Shown here in pieces: positions 17,057 through 24,792 of a stretch of DNA of 34,441 bases; the stretch's first letter is position 1; each line of letters opens with the position of its first letter. The position numbers and the translations under genes are program-made. The stretch is taken from contig CAYOTD010000001.1 in NCBI GenBank assembly GCA_964406685.1, positions 1 to 34,441 of the forward strand, in the 5' to 3' direction. Source of the stretch: an uncultured Solibacteraceae bacterium (GTDB lineage Bacteria; Acidobacteriota; Terriglobia; Bryobacterales; Bryobacteraceae). Below the pieces are notes generated by a model. The model had not been told where the DNA came from, did not search any database, and saw only the letters and a program-made list of their open reading frames with translations.

Positions 17057-18907
17057 ATGAAAACACCGTTGCCGGGTTCGACACTCGCCGGCGGCTTCTC
17101 GCGCCGGGGCTTTCTGAGTTCCACCTTGGGCGCACCCCTGCTCGCCACGGGCGCTCCGCGCCCGGAAGCCATCGGCGCCGAGATCCGCCGCCGCGCCGCG
17201 CTTCACCTTCCGCAGCGCTACCTGGTGGTGGATTACTACCGCATCCGGCGGCGGCTGGCCTACGCGCTTCCGGTGGAGAGTCTTTCGGTTCCCTCGGTTC
17301 AGGCGCCTACCATACCCGAGTACCCGTGGGCCATCTGGATGTTCTGGGCGCTGGAAGAGCGGGTGTATTCGCTCGGCTGGGCGGCGGAGTGGTTCAAGGA
17401 CGCGGGGTGCGCGCGCGCGGCGGCGCGCGACCTGGAAGCCCTGACGGGGTGGCCGAAGTACTGCCAGTTGACTCGCCAGCCGGATCTGGCTTCGGCCCAC
17501 GCCGGGCGTCTGCTATGGGTGGCGTACTCGCGGTGGCGCTGGCTGAGCGCGCCGCTGCGCGAGAAGATTCGCGCAGCCTGCGTGCGCCACGTGGACGAGA
17601 TGTCTTCGTGGGTGGACAAGTACTACGGCACGCTGCGCGAGAAGCGCGATTTCCTGGCGCTGCCCTCGCCGCACTCGAAGCTCCCCAACATCCCGCTGAT
17701 CGCTACCGCCGGGGCGGCCCTCGCCGCCACCGTGGCGTCTCACGCGGCGGCGCCCCCGCTGAGCGCGCGAGCCTCCGCGGTGATGGGCGCGATCCTTGAT
17801 CTGCGTTCGCAGGGCGTGACCGAAGCCGTGGCCTACGACGGCTACATCCTGGATTTCATCGCGGACTGGCTGGAGGTCGCCTCCGACGCGCAGCGCCGCG
17901 AGATCCTGGATCATCCCAACCTGAAGCACTCTCTGGAGCAGAGCTGCCTGCTGGGGGCGCCCGGCGCCATGCAGGAGGTGGCCACGCTCGGCGACGTCGA
18001 GCCGAGAGAGATGCCCTTTCACTTCTCGGCCCAGGCGAAACTGGCGCGCCGCCTGCCGGACCCGGTGCGGTCCTGGTACCTGGCGCAGTGGCCGCTGGAC
18101 TGGATCCGGGCCGACGCGCTGGCGGCGATGCGCGCGCTGCCGGCCGGCGCCCGGGCGGCGGCGCCGGAGGCCGGAGCGAAGAGCACGCGCTACGCGGCCG
18201 TGCTGCGCAGCGGCTGGGGCAGGGAAGACCTGGCGGTGGCCATTTCGTGTTCGACCTCGCCCATGGGCCACCTACAGCGCGACAACGGCACCATCATGAT
18301 TGGGTCGCGCGGCCGCTGGATCATCTCCGACCCCGGCTACCAGCAGTACATGAAGGACGACGAGCGCGAATTCACTCTCGGCCCGGCGGCGCACAACTGT
18401 CCGGTGATCAACGGCGCCGCGCAGAGTGAGAAGGCGGGCCGGCTGCTGGCGCTGGAGCGCCTGAGGCCGGACCTGCTCCACGCCCGCGTGGATCTGACCC
18501 GATGCTATCCGAGCAGTCCGTTGTTGGAATCGGTCACGCGCGATGTGTGGCAGGTCGGCCGCACGGGAGTCGTGATCGCCGATCGCATCGCCGCCCCCCG
18601 CCTGGAGAAGATGGCGTACCACTGGCACGGCCATCCCGAGGCCGCCTGGTGGTTCCGCGACGGCTGGTTCCTGGTGCACGTGGGGGACTCCGACCTGTGG
18701 TTCACTTCGCCCCAGGCGCGGCTGTCGCAGGAGTGCATCCAGCGTCTGCCCGGTTCGCGCGGCCAGCTCACGGCGGTGGCTCCGGCCGATCCCGCGGCGC
18801 GCGTCTTCTGGTGGGCGTTTGCCCTGGCCGCCGCCCCGCCCGCGCTGGAATCCGCCGGCGGCGGCCGGTCGATCCGCTTCCTGGAAAGATCTTTCCGGCT
18901 GGATTAA
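17057..18907 (+). CDS. Heparinase II/III-like (polysaccharide lyase-like) protein with Tat signal
   Basis: 616 aa. Twin-arginine signal FSRRGFLSS. The C-terminal block GHLQRDNGTIMIGSRGRWIISDPGYQQY...GPAAHNCPVINGAAQ resembles the Hepar_II_III core (HxxxD..G...D.G...Y....HN...v.g..Q). Confidence 0.6.
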   Translation: MKTPLPGSTLAGGFSRRGFLSSTLGAPLLATGAPRPEAIGAEIRRRAALHLPQRYLVVDYYRIRRRLAYALPVESLSVPSVQAPTIPEYPWAIWMFWALEERVYSLGWAAEWFKDAGCARAAARDLEALTGWPKYCQLTRQPDLASAHAGRLLWVAYSRWRWLSAPLREKIRAACVRHVDEMSSWVDKYYGTLREKRDFLALPSPHSKLPNIPLIATAGAALAATVASHAAAPPLSARASAVMGAILDLRSQGVTEAVAYDGYILDFIADWLEVASDAQRREILDHPNLKHSLEQSCLLGAPGAMQEVATLGDVEPREMPFHFSAQAKLARRLPDPVRSWYLAQWPLDWIRADALAAMRALPAGARAAAPEAGAKSTRYAAVLRSGWGREDLAVAISCSTSPMGHLQRDNGTIMIGSRGRWIISDPGYQQYMKDDEREFTLGPAAHNCPVINGAAQSEKAGRLLALERLRPDLLHARVDLTRCYPSSPLLESVTRDVWQVGRTGVVIADRIAAPRLEKMAYHWHGHPEAAWWFRDGWFLVHVGDSDLWFTSPQARLSQECIQRLPGSRGQLTAVAPADPAARVFWWAFALAAAPPALESAGGGRSIRFLERSFRLD

Positions 18908-18978
18908 GGGATTCGGCTCGCGTTTGCGCGAATACTAGTGGTGAAGTCGCAACGGATTTGGGAATCGAGGAGCGAACC

Positions 18979-19746
18979 ATGCGAGCTGGAAAGAAGCCCG
19001 GCATGTCCTATGAAGACATGTGGGAGCTGATCTATCGCGCCAAGCAACCTGTCGCCAAGATGATCAGCAACGAGTTGTTGATTGCCATCTTCTGGGAGGA
19101 GAGCCTGTTCAACAACGTGGAACAGACGGGCGGCACGGCGTGGGGTTTCGGGCAGGTGGAGCCTTCGCAGTTCTACTGGCTCCAGACGGACCAGGCCAAG
19201 CAGTATGGGTACTACGTGGCGGGCTTGCCTCCCACCATCGTCCTGGAACGAGACGAGAATGGAGCGCCGATCAAGGTGAAGCTGGCCGGGATCCTGACGC
19301 AGGAACAGGGGGTGCAGGTGGCCTCCGGGATCCTCTGCCACTGGTGCCTCACGCAGAACGGCCTGGACAACGCCCTCAACGCGTATGCCGGCGTCAGCTA
19401 CAAGGGAACCAATGTTCCCACGCGCTTGAAGACGGGCGAAGATCGCAAGAAGATCATCGAGGGGTGGCGCGAGTGCGAGGCCTTTCTCAAGCGGGAATGG
19501 AAGCCCAAGCCGCCCGAGCCGAAAAAGAAGGCGCCGCAGGGCCCGCCGATGCCGGAGTACCCGGCCGACTATCCGACCTTCATCAAGACCGGCCTGCACA
19601 AGGCGCGCCCATTCCTGCTCAACGACAAAACCTTCGACGACATTCTCTTCCCGAAGAACGCCGTCAACGAGGCCGGCGAGCGCGTCTGGCGTCCCCAGGT
19701 GACGCCCGGCTGGCTCCAGGACCTTGCCGCGCGCAATTGGAAGTGA
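18979..19746 (+). CDS. Lysozyme-like / soluble lytic transglycosylase (SLT)-motif protein, no signal peptide, Pro/Lys-rich linker, unknown C-terminal domain
   Basis: Uses the internal ATG of ORF 18502..19746, preceded by GAGGAG 7 nt upstream. The three SLT motifs occur in order: FWEES (catalytic Glu-Ser), GFGQV (GLMQ-like), NAYAG (AYNxG-like). Linker KPKPPEPKKKAPQGPPMPEYP. Codon usage is visibly richer in A/T-ending codons than in the neighbours. Confidence 0.6.
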   Translation: MRAGKKPGMSYEDMWELIYRAKQPVAKMISNELLIAIFWEESLFNNVEQTGGTAWGFGQVEPSQFYWLQTDQAKQYGYYVAGLPPTIVLERDENGAPIKVKLAGILTQEQGVQVASGILCHWCLTQNGLDNALNAYAGVSYKGTNVPTRLKTGEDRKKIIEGWRECEAFLKREWKPKPPEPKKKAPQGPPMPEYPADYPTFIKTGLHKARPFLLNDKTFDDILFPKNAVNEAGERVWRPQVTPGWLQDLAARNWK

Positions 19747-19759
19747 GCGTGCCGCTCAC
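19743..19759. terminator. 7-bp stem / 3-nt loop hairpin spanning both convergent stop codons (possible bidirectional terminator or RNA-end structure)
   Basis: GTGAGCG-TGC-CGCTCAC. It contains the TGA (19744..19746) of the SLT-like gene and the TCA (19756..19758, TGA on the reverse strand) of the regulator gene. There is no T-tract on either side. Confidence 0.35.
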
Positions 19760-21012
19760 CAGACGTGGATGGCGACGAACTGCGGGGAGCCGTGTGTCTC
19801 CCCCAGCACGCTCGTCCGAATGACCACCTGCACGTTCTTGCGCTCCCAGTTCCCCCGCACGTCGCGGAGGGCCGCGTGCAGCAGGGCGGGGTCGGAGACG
19901 AACTCCGCCGCGGCCGCGGTTCCGAAGTGGGAGACTCCGGCCACCAGCAGGACCGGCTGTCCGGAACGCTGCTCGAAGACCCGGGAGATGAGGCCATGGT
20001 CCTCGGTGATCTTGTGCTCGACCAGTCCGGCCGCTCCCCAGACCCGGCCCTGTGGGGAGCGCTCGCGGATGCTGTAAGGGAACTCGCCTGTGTTCTCGAA
20101 CCGGCATCCCTTCAACATCTCCCTGGCCCAGTCGTTGCTGGCCGGCCCGCCGATCAGGACTCCCGGCGAGTAGCGCAGGTCGGCGAACGAGGTCTGCGCG
20201 CTGATCAGCAGGCGATAGGGCTTGTCGCGTCGCGTGAGGAAAGCAACCAATCGCAGGGCGGCCTGGACGTCGCCGGTGCTCAGGACGCTGCGTGTGACCG
20301 GGATTAGCTCCCGTCCGTAAATGATGCCGTCCGGCGGAATCGCGGGCTTCCCGGCCGCTGAGTTTTCCGGCACGGGATAGCGTTTGGCCACCAGTTCATC
20401 CTCCAGGTCGTAGCTGACCGGGTTCGCCAGACCGATCAGCACCGGACGGGGGCTGTTCAGAATTGGCGACCAGAATCGCTTCAACGTTCGTTCGGCCGGG
20501 GGCGGAACGGTGAACCACAACAGGACGCCGGCGGCCGCCAACACCAGGGATCCCACCGCTACCCAGGCCAGCTTGCGCCGGAAGAGGGCTTCGGGCGGGG
20601 CGGGGGCCGGGGGTTCGGCCTCCTCGCTCCCGGAGTCGTCCCACTGGAACTCGGGCAGGTAGGAGCCGGGGGCCAAGGCAAGGCGCACCTTGGGCTGCCG
20701 GGTCGTGCCGGCGTAGTACTGGGTGAGCCGGTTGCGGACGTCCTTCGCGCTGACCCGGACGATGGCGTCGTCGCCAGTGTCGTAGGACGGCGCGCGCCCG
20801 AAGACCTCGATCCCGATGGATCGCTCCTTCAGGCAATCGGGCTGCCGCGTCAGCGCCTTCTCGACGGTGTATCGCAGGAAGCGCTGGCAACGTTTGCTGC
20901 CGCGGAACGGAGGGCTGTCCAGGATGCTGTCGAGTTCGCGGAGGATTACTTCCCGCCGGTCGTCGGAGATCTCCGGCAACAGCGTTCCTTCCCCCTCGCC
21001 TTCCGCACTCAT
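19756..21012 (-). CDS. Single-pass membrane protein with N-terminal winged-helix-like (CadC/ToxR-style) domain and uncharacterised extracytoplasmic domain
   Basis: The N-terminal block FRGSKRCQRFLRYTVEKAL...LKERSIGIEVFGR...DDAIVRVSAKDVRNRLTQYYA...GSYLPEF resembles divergent OmpR/CadC-type wHTH modules. There is one TM helix (LAWVAVGSLVLAAAGVLLWF), followed by about 230 aa with no motif I recognise. ATG 21012 is preferred over TTG 21081 because a promoter-like element lies at 21038..21067. Confidence 0.5.
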   Translation of the reverse strand: MSAEGEGEGTLLPEISDDRREVILRELDSILDSPPFRGSKRCQRFLRYTVEKALTRQPDCLKERSIGIEVFGRAPSYDTGDDAIVRVSAKDVRNRLTQYYAGTTRQPKVRLALAPGSYLPEFQWDDSGSEEAEPPAPAPPEALFRRKLAWVAVGSLVLAAAGVLLWFTVPPPAERTLKRFWSPILNSPRPVLIGLANPVSYDLEDELVAKRYPVPENSAAGKPAIPPDGIIYGRELIPVTRSVLSTGDVQAALRLVAFLTRRDKPYRLLISAQTSFADLRYSPGVLIGGPASNDWAREMLKGCRFENTGEFPYSIRERSPQGRVWGAAGLVEHKITEDHGLISRVFEQRSGQPVLLVAGVSHFGTAAAAEFVSDPALLHAALRDVRGNWERKNVQVVIRTSVLGETHGSPQFVAIHVW

Positions 21013-21037
21013 GGACACGGCGTTCCCTGGCGGAGTG

Positions 21038-21067
21038 ATCTTACCACGCTGGCGTTGCTTCTCACAA
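21038..21067 (-). promoter_or_regulatory. Candidate promoter of the wHTH membrane regulator: TTGTGA-N18-TAAGAT with an upstream TGn
   Basis: The reverse strand reads TTGTGAgaagcaacgccagcgTGgTAAGAT, and the -10 ends 25 nt upstream of ATG 21012. Confidence 0.3.
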
Positions 21068-21101
21068 TTGACTGATAGCAAACGAAGACCCGGCAGTTAA
21101 G

Positions 21102-21118
21102 AACCGTTGTTAACGGTT
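21102..21118. promoter_or_regulatory. Perfect inverted repeat AACCGTT-GTT-AACGGTT in the regulator/TBDR divergent region (candidate operator)
   Basis: Read directly from the sequence; the arms are exact reverse complements. It lies about 90 nt upstream of the regulator ATG and about 115 nt upstream of the TBDR ATG. Confidence 0.4.
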
Positions 21119-21231
21119 AGGCACTGAACGCCGCCGACCTTTCGGCGCTACCTTGAGACGCAGCACCGATCCCGTACCGCCGGCCCCTCCAATCCCAGCG
21201 CCGGTGGCCTGTGACGGTGGGAGGAACAAGC

Positions 21232-24200
21232 ATGAAGCGTCTCTGGTTTGCACCGATCTTGCTGCTCGCCGCCATTGTGGCGAGCGGCCAAAGCGACCGT
21301 GGAGCCATCACCGGCAGAGTTGTGGACCAGGGAGGAGGCGCTATCGCCAATGCCCCGGTGGTCCTCACCAACCTGGCGACCGGTGTCCAGACCCGGGTGA
21401 ATACGACCGACACGGGCAACTATACGTTCGCCTCGGTTCCCGCCGCGACCTATAAGGTGAGCGTGGAATGGCCGGGCTTCAAGAAGTTCGAGCAGGTGGG
21501 CGTGACGGTGAGCGTGGCGCAGACGGTGCGCGTGGACGTCAGTCTGCTGGTAGGCTCCACCGGCGAGTCCGTCACGGTGACGGCCGACGCCGCCCAGCTC
21601 AAGACCGACTCCGCCGAGCAGAGCACGGTGCTGGCCGGGGGGAAGATCAACGACCTGCCGCTGAACTTCGCCAATTCCGGCGCCATCCGCAACCCGCTGG
21701 CGTTCGCGCAACTGGCCCCCGGCACCACCGTCGGAGAGTGGAACGACGTGCGCGTGAACGGCGCGGCGGCCTACACCTACCACGTCCTGTACGATGGCCT
21801 GGACGCCACCAGCTCGATCCACCCCGCCCTGATGGACGAGCAGCAGCCCTCGGTGGACGCCATCGCGGAGTTCGCCGTCCAGAGCGGCACCTTCGCCGCC
21901 GAATACGGCCAGGTGGGCGGCGGGGTGTTCAACTTCACCTCCAAGTCGGGGACCAACCAGTTCCACGGCTCCGCCTACGAGTACCTGGCCAACGAGGCGT
22001 TCAACGCCGGCGTTCCCTTCACCGACGACGGGATGGGCGGGCACATCCGCTCGCGCGTGCGGCAGCACGATTTCGGCGGCACAATCGGCGGGCCGGTTAT
22101 CCTTCCCAAGCTCTACAACGGCCGCGAGCGCACCTTCTTCTTCTTCAGCTTCGAGAAATACCGCAACGTGCAGAACGCCTTCGACGGCATGGGCACGCTG
22201 CCCACCATGGCCTACCGCCAGGGGGATTTCGCCAGCCTGATCACCGGCCGGGTGCTGAACACCGATCCGCTGGGGCGCAACATCGTCGAAGGCCTCGTCT
22301 ACGATCCCTCGACGCAGCGCACCGTCAATGGCCAGATCGTGCGCGATCCGTACCCCGGCAACAGGATCCCGCAAAGCCAGTTCGATCCGGTGGCGGTGAA
22401 GATCCAGAGCCTGCTGCCGTCGATCGATTCGCGCTACCAGTCGCTGCTGGTGAATAACTTCGAAAGAAGATACTCGAACCGGAAGTTGCAAACGATTCCC
22501 AGCATCAAGATCGATCACAGCCTGAACGACCGCATGAAGCTGACCGGGTCCTACGCCAGCCAGAACACCGACAAGGACAACGGGCGGGACGGCCTGCCGG
22601 ACCCGATCTCGGCCCGCCGTTGGGAGACCATCCGCAGCCACACCATCCGCGTTAGCCACGACTACACGATCTCCCCCACTCTTCTCAATCACCTGAGTCT
22701 CGGCTTCGTGCAGTACAACGACCCGGACAGCACGCCCATCACGGATTACGACGCGGCCGCCGAGCTGGGGCTGAAGGGCGGGGTCGAGAAGGGTTTTCCC
22801 CGCATCACCGGCCTCACCATGTCTCTTGGGCCGACCAACTACCAGCGCTACCTGCTCCACAAACCCACCGCCGCGGAATCGCTGAGTTGGGTGCGCGGTA
22901 ACCATTCGATGAAGTTCGGCGGCACCTGGACCCGCGACATCTACACCAACCAGATCAAGAACGGCACCACCGGGGGTATCGTCTTCGCCTCCTCCGAGAC
23001 GACCTTGCCGTCGGTGCTGGGGCAGAGCCTGCAAGGCGGCACCATCGGTTACTCCTACGCCAGCTTCCTGCTGGGGCGGGTGAACAACGCCTCGCTCAGC
23101 AACACCGCGGCGCCGCAGTACCGCCGCTCGGCCTGGGCCGGCTTCGCGCAGGACAACTGGAAGGTGACCCGCAAGCTGACCCTCGAGTTCGGCCTGCGCT
23201 ACGACTGGCAATCTCCCGCGCGTGAGCTGCACTACCGCGAAACCGCCTTCTCTCCCACCACGCCCAACCCCAGCGCGGGCGGCTTGCTGGGCGCCACGGT
23301 TTATGAAGGATACGGGCCCGGCCGCTGTAATTGCGTCTTCGCCCAAACCTATCCCTACGCCTTCGGCCCGCGGCTGGGATTCGCCTACGCCGTGAATCCG
23401 AAGACGGTCGTCCGCGGCGGATGGGGCATCACCTACGGCGCGCTGACGGCGTTCAACTGGTTCGGCGGCACCAGTTACTCGCTGGGCTTCGGCTGGAACC
23501 GCATCACCTGGTCGACGCCGTCCTACGGCGACGCGGCGCTTCAGTTGCGGGATGGCTTCCAGTATTCGCTCTCCGATTTGAACGCCGTCAATCTCAGCGC
23601 GGGCATCCGCCCCTCGGCCGGCCAGATCAACAGCCCGCCGCCGCTGATCGACAACAACGGCGGCCGGCCTCCGCGGTTCAACAACTGGAGCTTCGGCATC
23701 CAGCGCGAGATCACTCCCAACCTGGCCGTTGAGGCCGCTTATGTCGGCAACCGCGGCGTCTGGCTGCGGGCCGACGCGCTGGTGGATATGAACGCGCTCA
23801 CCCCGGAGCGCATCCGCGCCGCCGGCCTCGATATCAACAGCGCGGCTGACCGCGCGATCCTGACCTCGCGCATCAGCTCGGCCCAGGCGGTGGCGCGCGG
23901 CTTCACCGTGCCCTACGGGGGATTTCCCGGCACGGCGACGGTGGCCCAGTCCCTGCGGCCCTATCCGCAGTTCGGCTCTCTCACCGACCTCTATGCGCCG
24001 CTGGGCAACACCTGGTACGACTCGCTTCAGGTCAAGGTCAACAAGCGCTACTCGCACGGCCTGGACCTGATGGCGGCCTACACCTGGTCGAAGTCGCTGG
24101 CCACGGCGACCAATGAGAACGGGGCCACGGTCCCGGTGAACGACGTTTTCAACCGCCGCAACCAGAAGACGCTCTCGCCGGCCGACCAGCCCCACGTGCT

Positions 24201-24783
24201 CACTCTCGCCGCGCGCTACGAGATCCCGGCGCCGCCGGCCCTGACGGGCAACCGCGTGCTGAGAGCCCTGGCGCGGGGCTGGTACGCCAGCGTGATGGTG
24301 CGCTACGCCAGCGGCCTGCCCATCGCCACGCCCAGCGGTCAGAACTCGCTGAGTTCGATCCTGTTCCGCTCCACGCGATCCAACCGCGTGGCGGGGGTTC
24401 CGCTCTACACTAAGGACATCAACGGCGACATCGACCCGAACAAGGACTTTGTCCTCAACCCGGCCGCCTGGTCGGACCCGGCCCCCGGCCAGTGGGGCAC
24501 GGCCGCGGCCTACTACTCCGACTACCGCGATCGCCGGCACCCGAGCGAGCAGGTGGGGCTCGGCAAGCAATTCCGCCTTCGCGAGGGCATGAGCCTGGAT
24601 CTGCGCGGCGAGTTCTTCAACGTGCTGAACCGCATCGTCCTGCCGGCGCCCACCTCGGGCAACGCCCTCGCCACCCAGCGCGTCGGTTCCGACGGGGTTC
24701 CCATCAGCGGCTTCGGCCGGATCGATTCCGGCAGCGCCGGCTCGTCCCGTTCGGGCCAGGTGGTCATGCGGTTCCGGTTCTAA
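21232..24783 (+). CDS. TonB-dependent receptor with N-terminal carboxypeptidase-regulatory-like domain (acidobacterial type)
   Basis: ATG 21232 has GGGAGG 7-8 nt upstream. Signal peptide MKRLWFAPILLLAAIVASGQ. CarboxypepD_reg pattern ITGRVVD...TDTGNYTF...YKVSVEWPGFKKF. Long beta-barrel ending in the C-terminal ...MRFRF. Confidence 0.9.
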   Translation: MKRLWFAPILLLAAIVASGQSDRGAITGRVVDQGGGAIANAPVVLTNLATGVQTRVNTTDTGNYTFASVPAATYKVSVEWPGFKKFEQVGVTVSVAQTVRVDVSLLVGSTGESVTVTADAAQLKTDSAEQSTVLAGGKINDLPLNFANSGAIRNPLAFAQLAPGTTVGEWNDVRVNGAAAYTYHVLYDGLDATSSIHPALMDEQQPSVDAIAEFAVQSGTFAAEYGQVGGGVFNFTSKSGTNQFHGSAYEYLANEAFNAGVPFTDDGMGGHIRSRVRQHDFGGTIGGPVILPKLYNGRERTFFFFSFEKYRNVQNAFDGMGTLPTMAYRQGDFASLITGRVLNTDPLGRNIVEGLVYDPSTQRTVNGQIVRDPYPGNRIPQSQFDPVAVKIQSLLPSIDSRYQSLLVNNFERRYSNRKLQTIPSIKIDHSLNDRMKLTGSYASQNTDKDNGRDGLPDPISARRWETIRSHTIRVSHDYTISPTLLNHLSLGFVQYNDPDSTPITDYDAAAELGLKGGVEKGFPRITGLTMSLGPTNYQRYLLHKPTAAESLSWVRGNHSMKFGGTWTRDIYTNQIKNGTTGGIVFASSETTLPSVLGQSLQGGTIGYSYASFLLGRVNNASLSNTAAPQYRRSAWAGFAQDNWKVTRKLTLEFGLRYDWQSPARELHYRETAFSPTTPNPSAGGLLGATVYEGYGPGRCNCVFAQTYPYAFGPRLGFAYAVNPKTVVRGGWGITYGALTAFNWFGGTSYSLGFGWNRITWSTPSYGDAALQLRDGFQYSLSDLNAVNLSAGIRPSAGQINSPPPLIDNNGGRPPRFNNWSFGIQREITPNLAVEAAYVGNRGVWLRADALVDMNALTPERIRAAGLDINSAADRAILTSRISSAQAVARGFTVPYGGFPGTATVAQSLRPYPQFGSLTDLYAPLGNTWYDSLQVKVNKRYSHGLDLMAAYTWSKSLATATNENGATVPVNDVFNRRNQKTLSPADQPHVLTLAARYEIPAPPALTGNRVLRALARGWYASVMVRYASGLPIATPSGQNSLSSILFRSTRSNRVAGVPLYTKDINGDIDPNKDFVLNPAAWSDPAPGQWGTAAAYYSDYRDRRHPSEQVGLGKQFRLREGMSLDLRGEFFNVLNRIVLPAPTSGNALATQRVGSDGVPISGFGRIDSGSAGSSRSGQVVMRFRF

Positions 24784-24792
24784 GGAGGTTTC

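Noticed and set aside
21068-21090. TTGACTgatAGCAAaCGAAGAC upstream of the first TBDR resembles the conserved TTGACTA-N5-GCAAnATCGAACAC of the other two TBDR promoters.
   Set aside because: The spacing differs by 2-3 nt, no -10-like hexamer follows at 17 +/- 1 nt, and the 22-nt core is absent. The match is too short to separate from chance.
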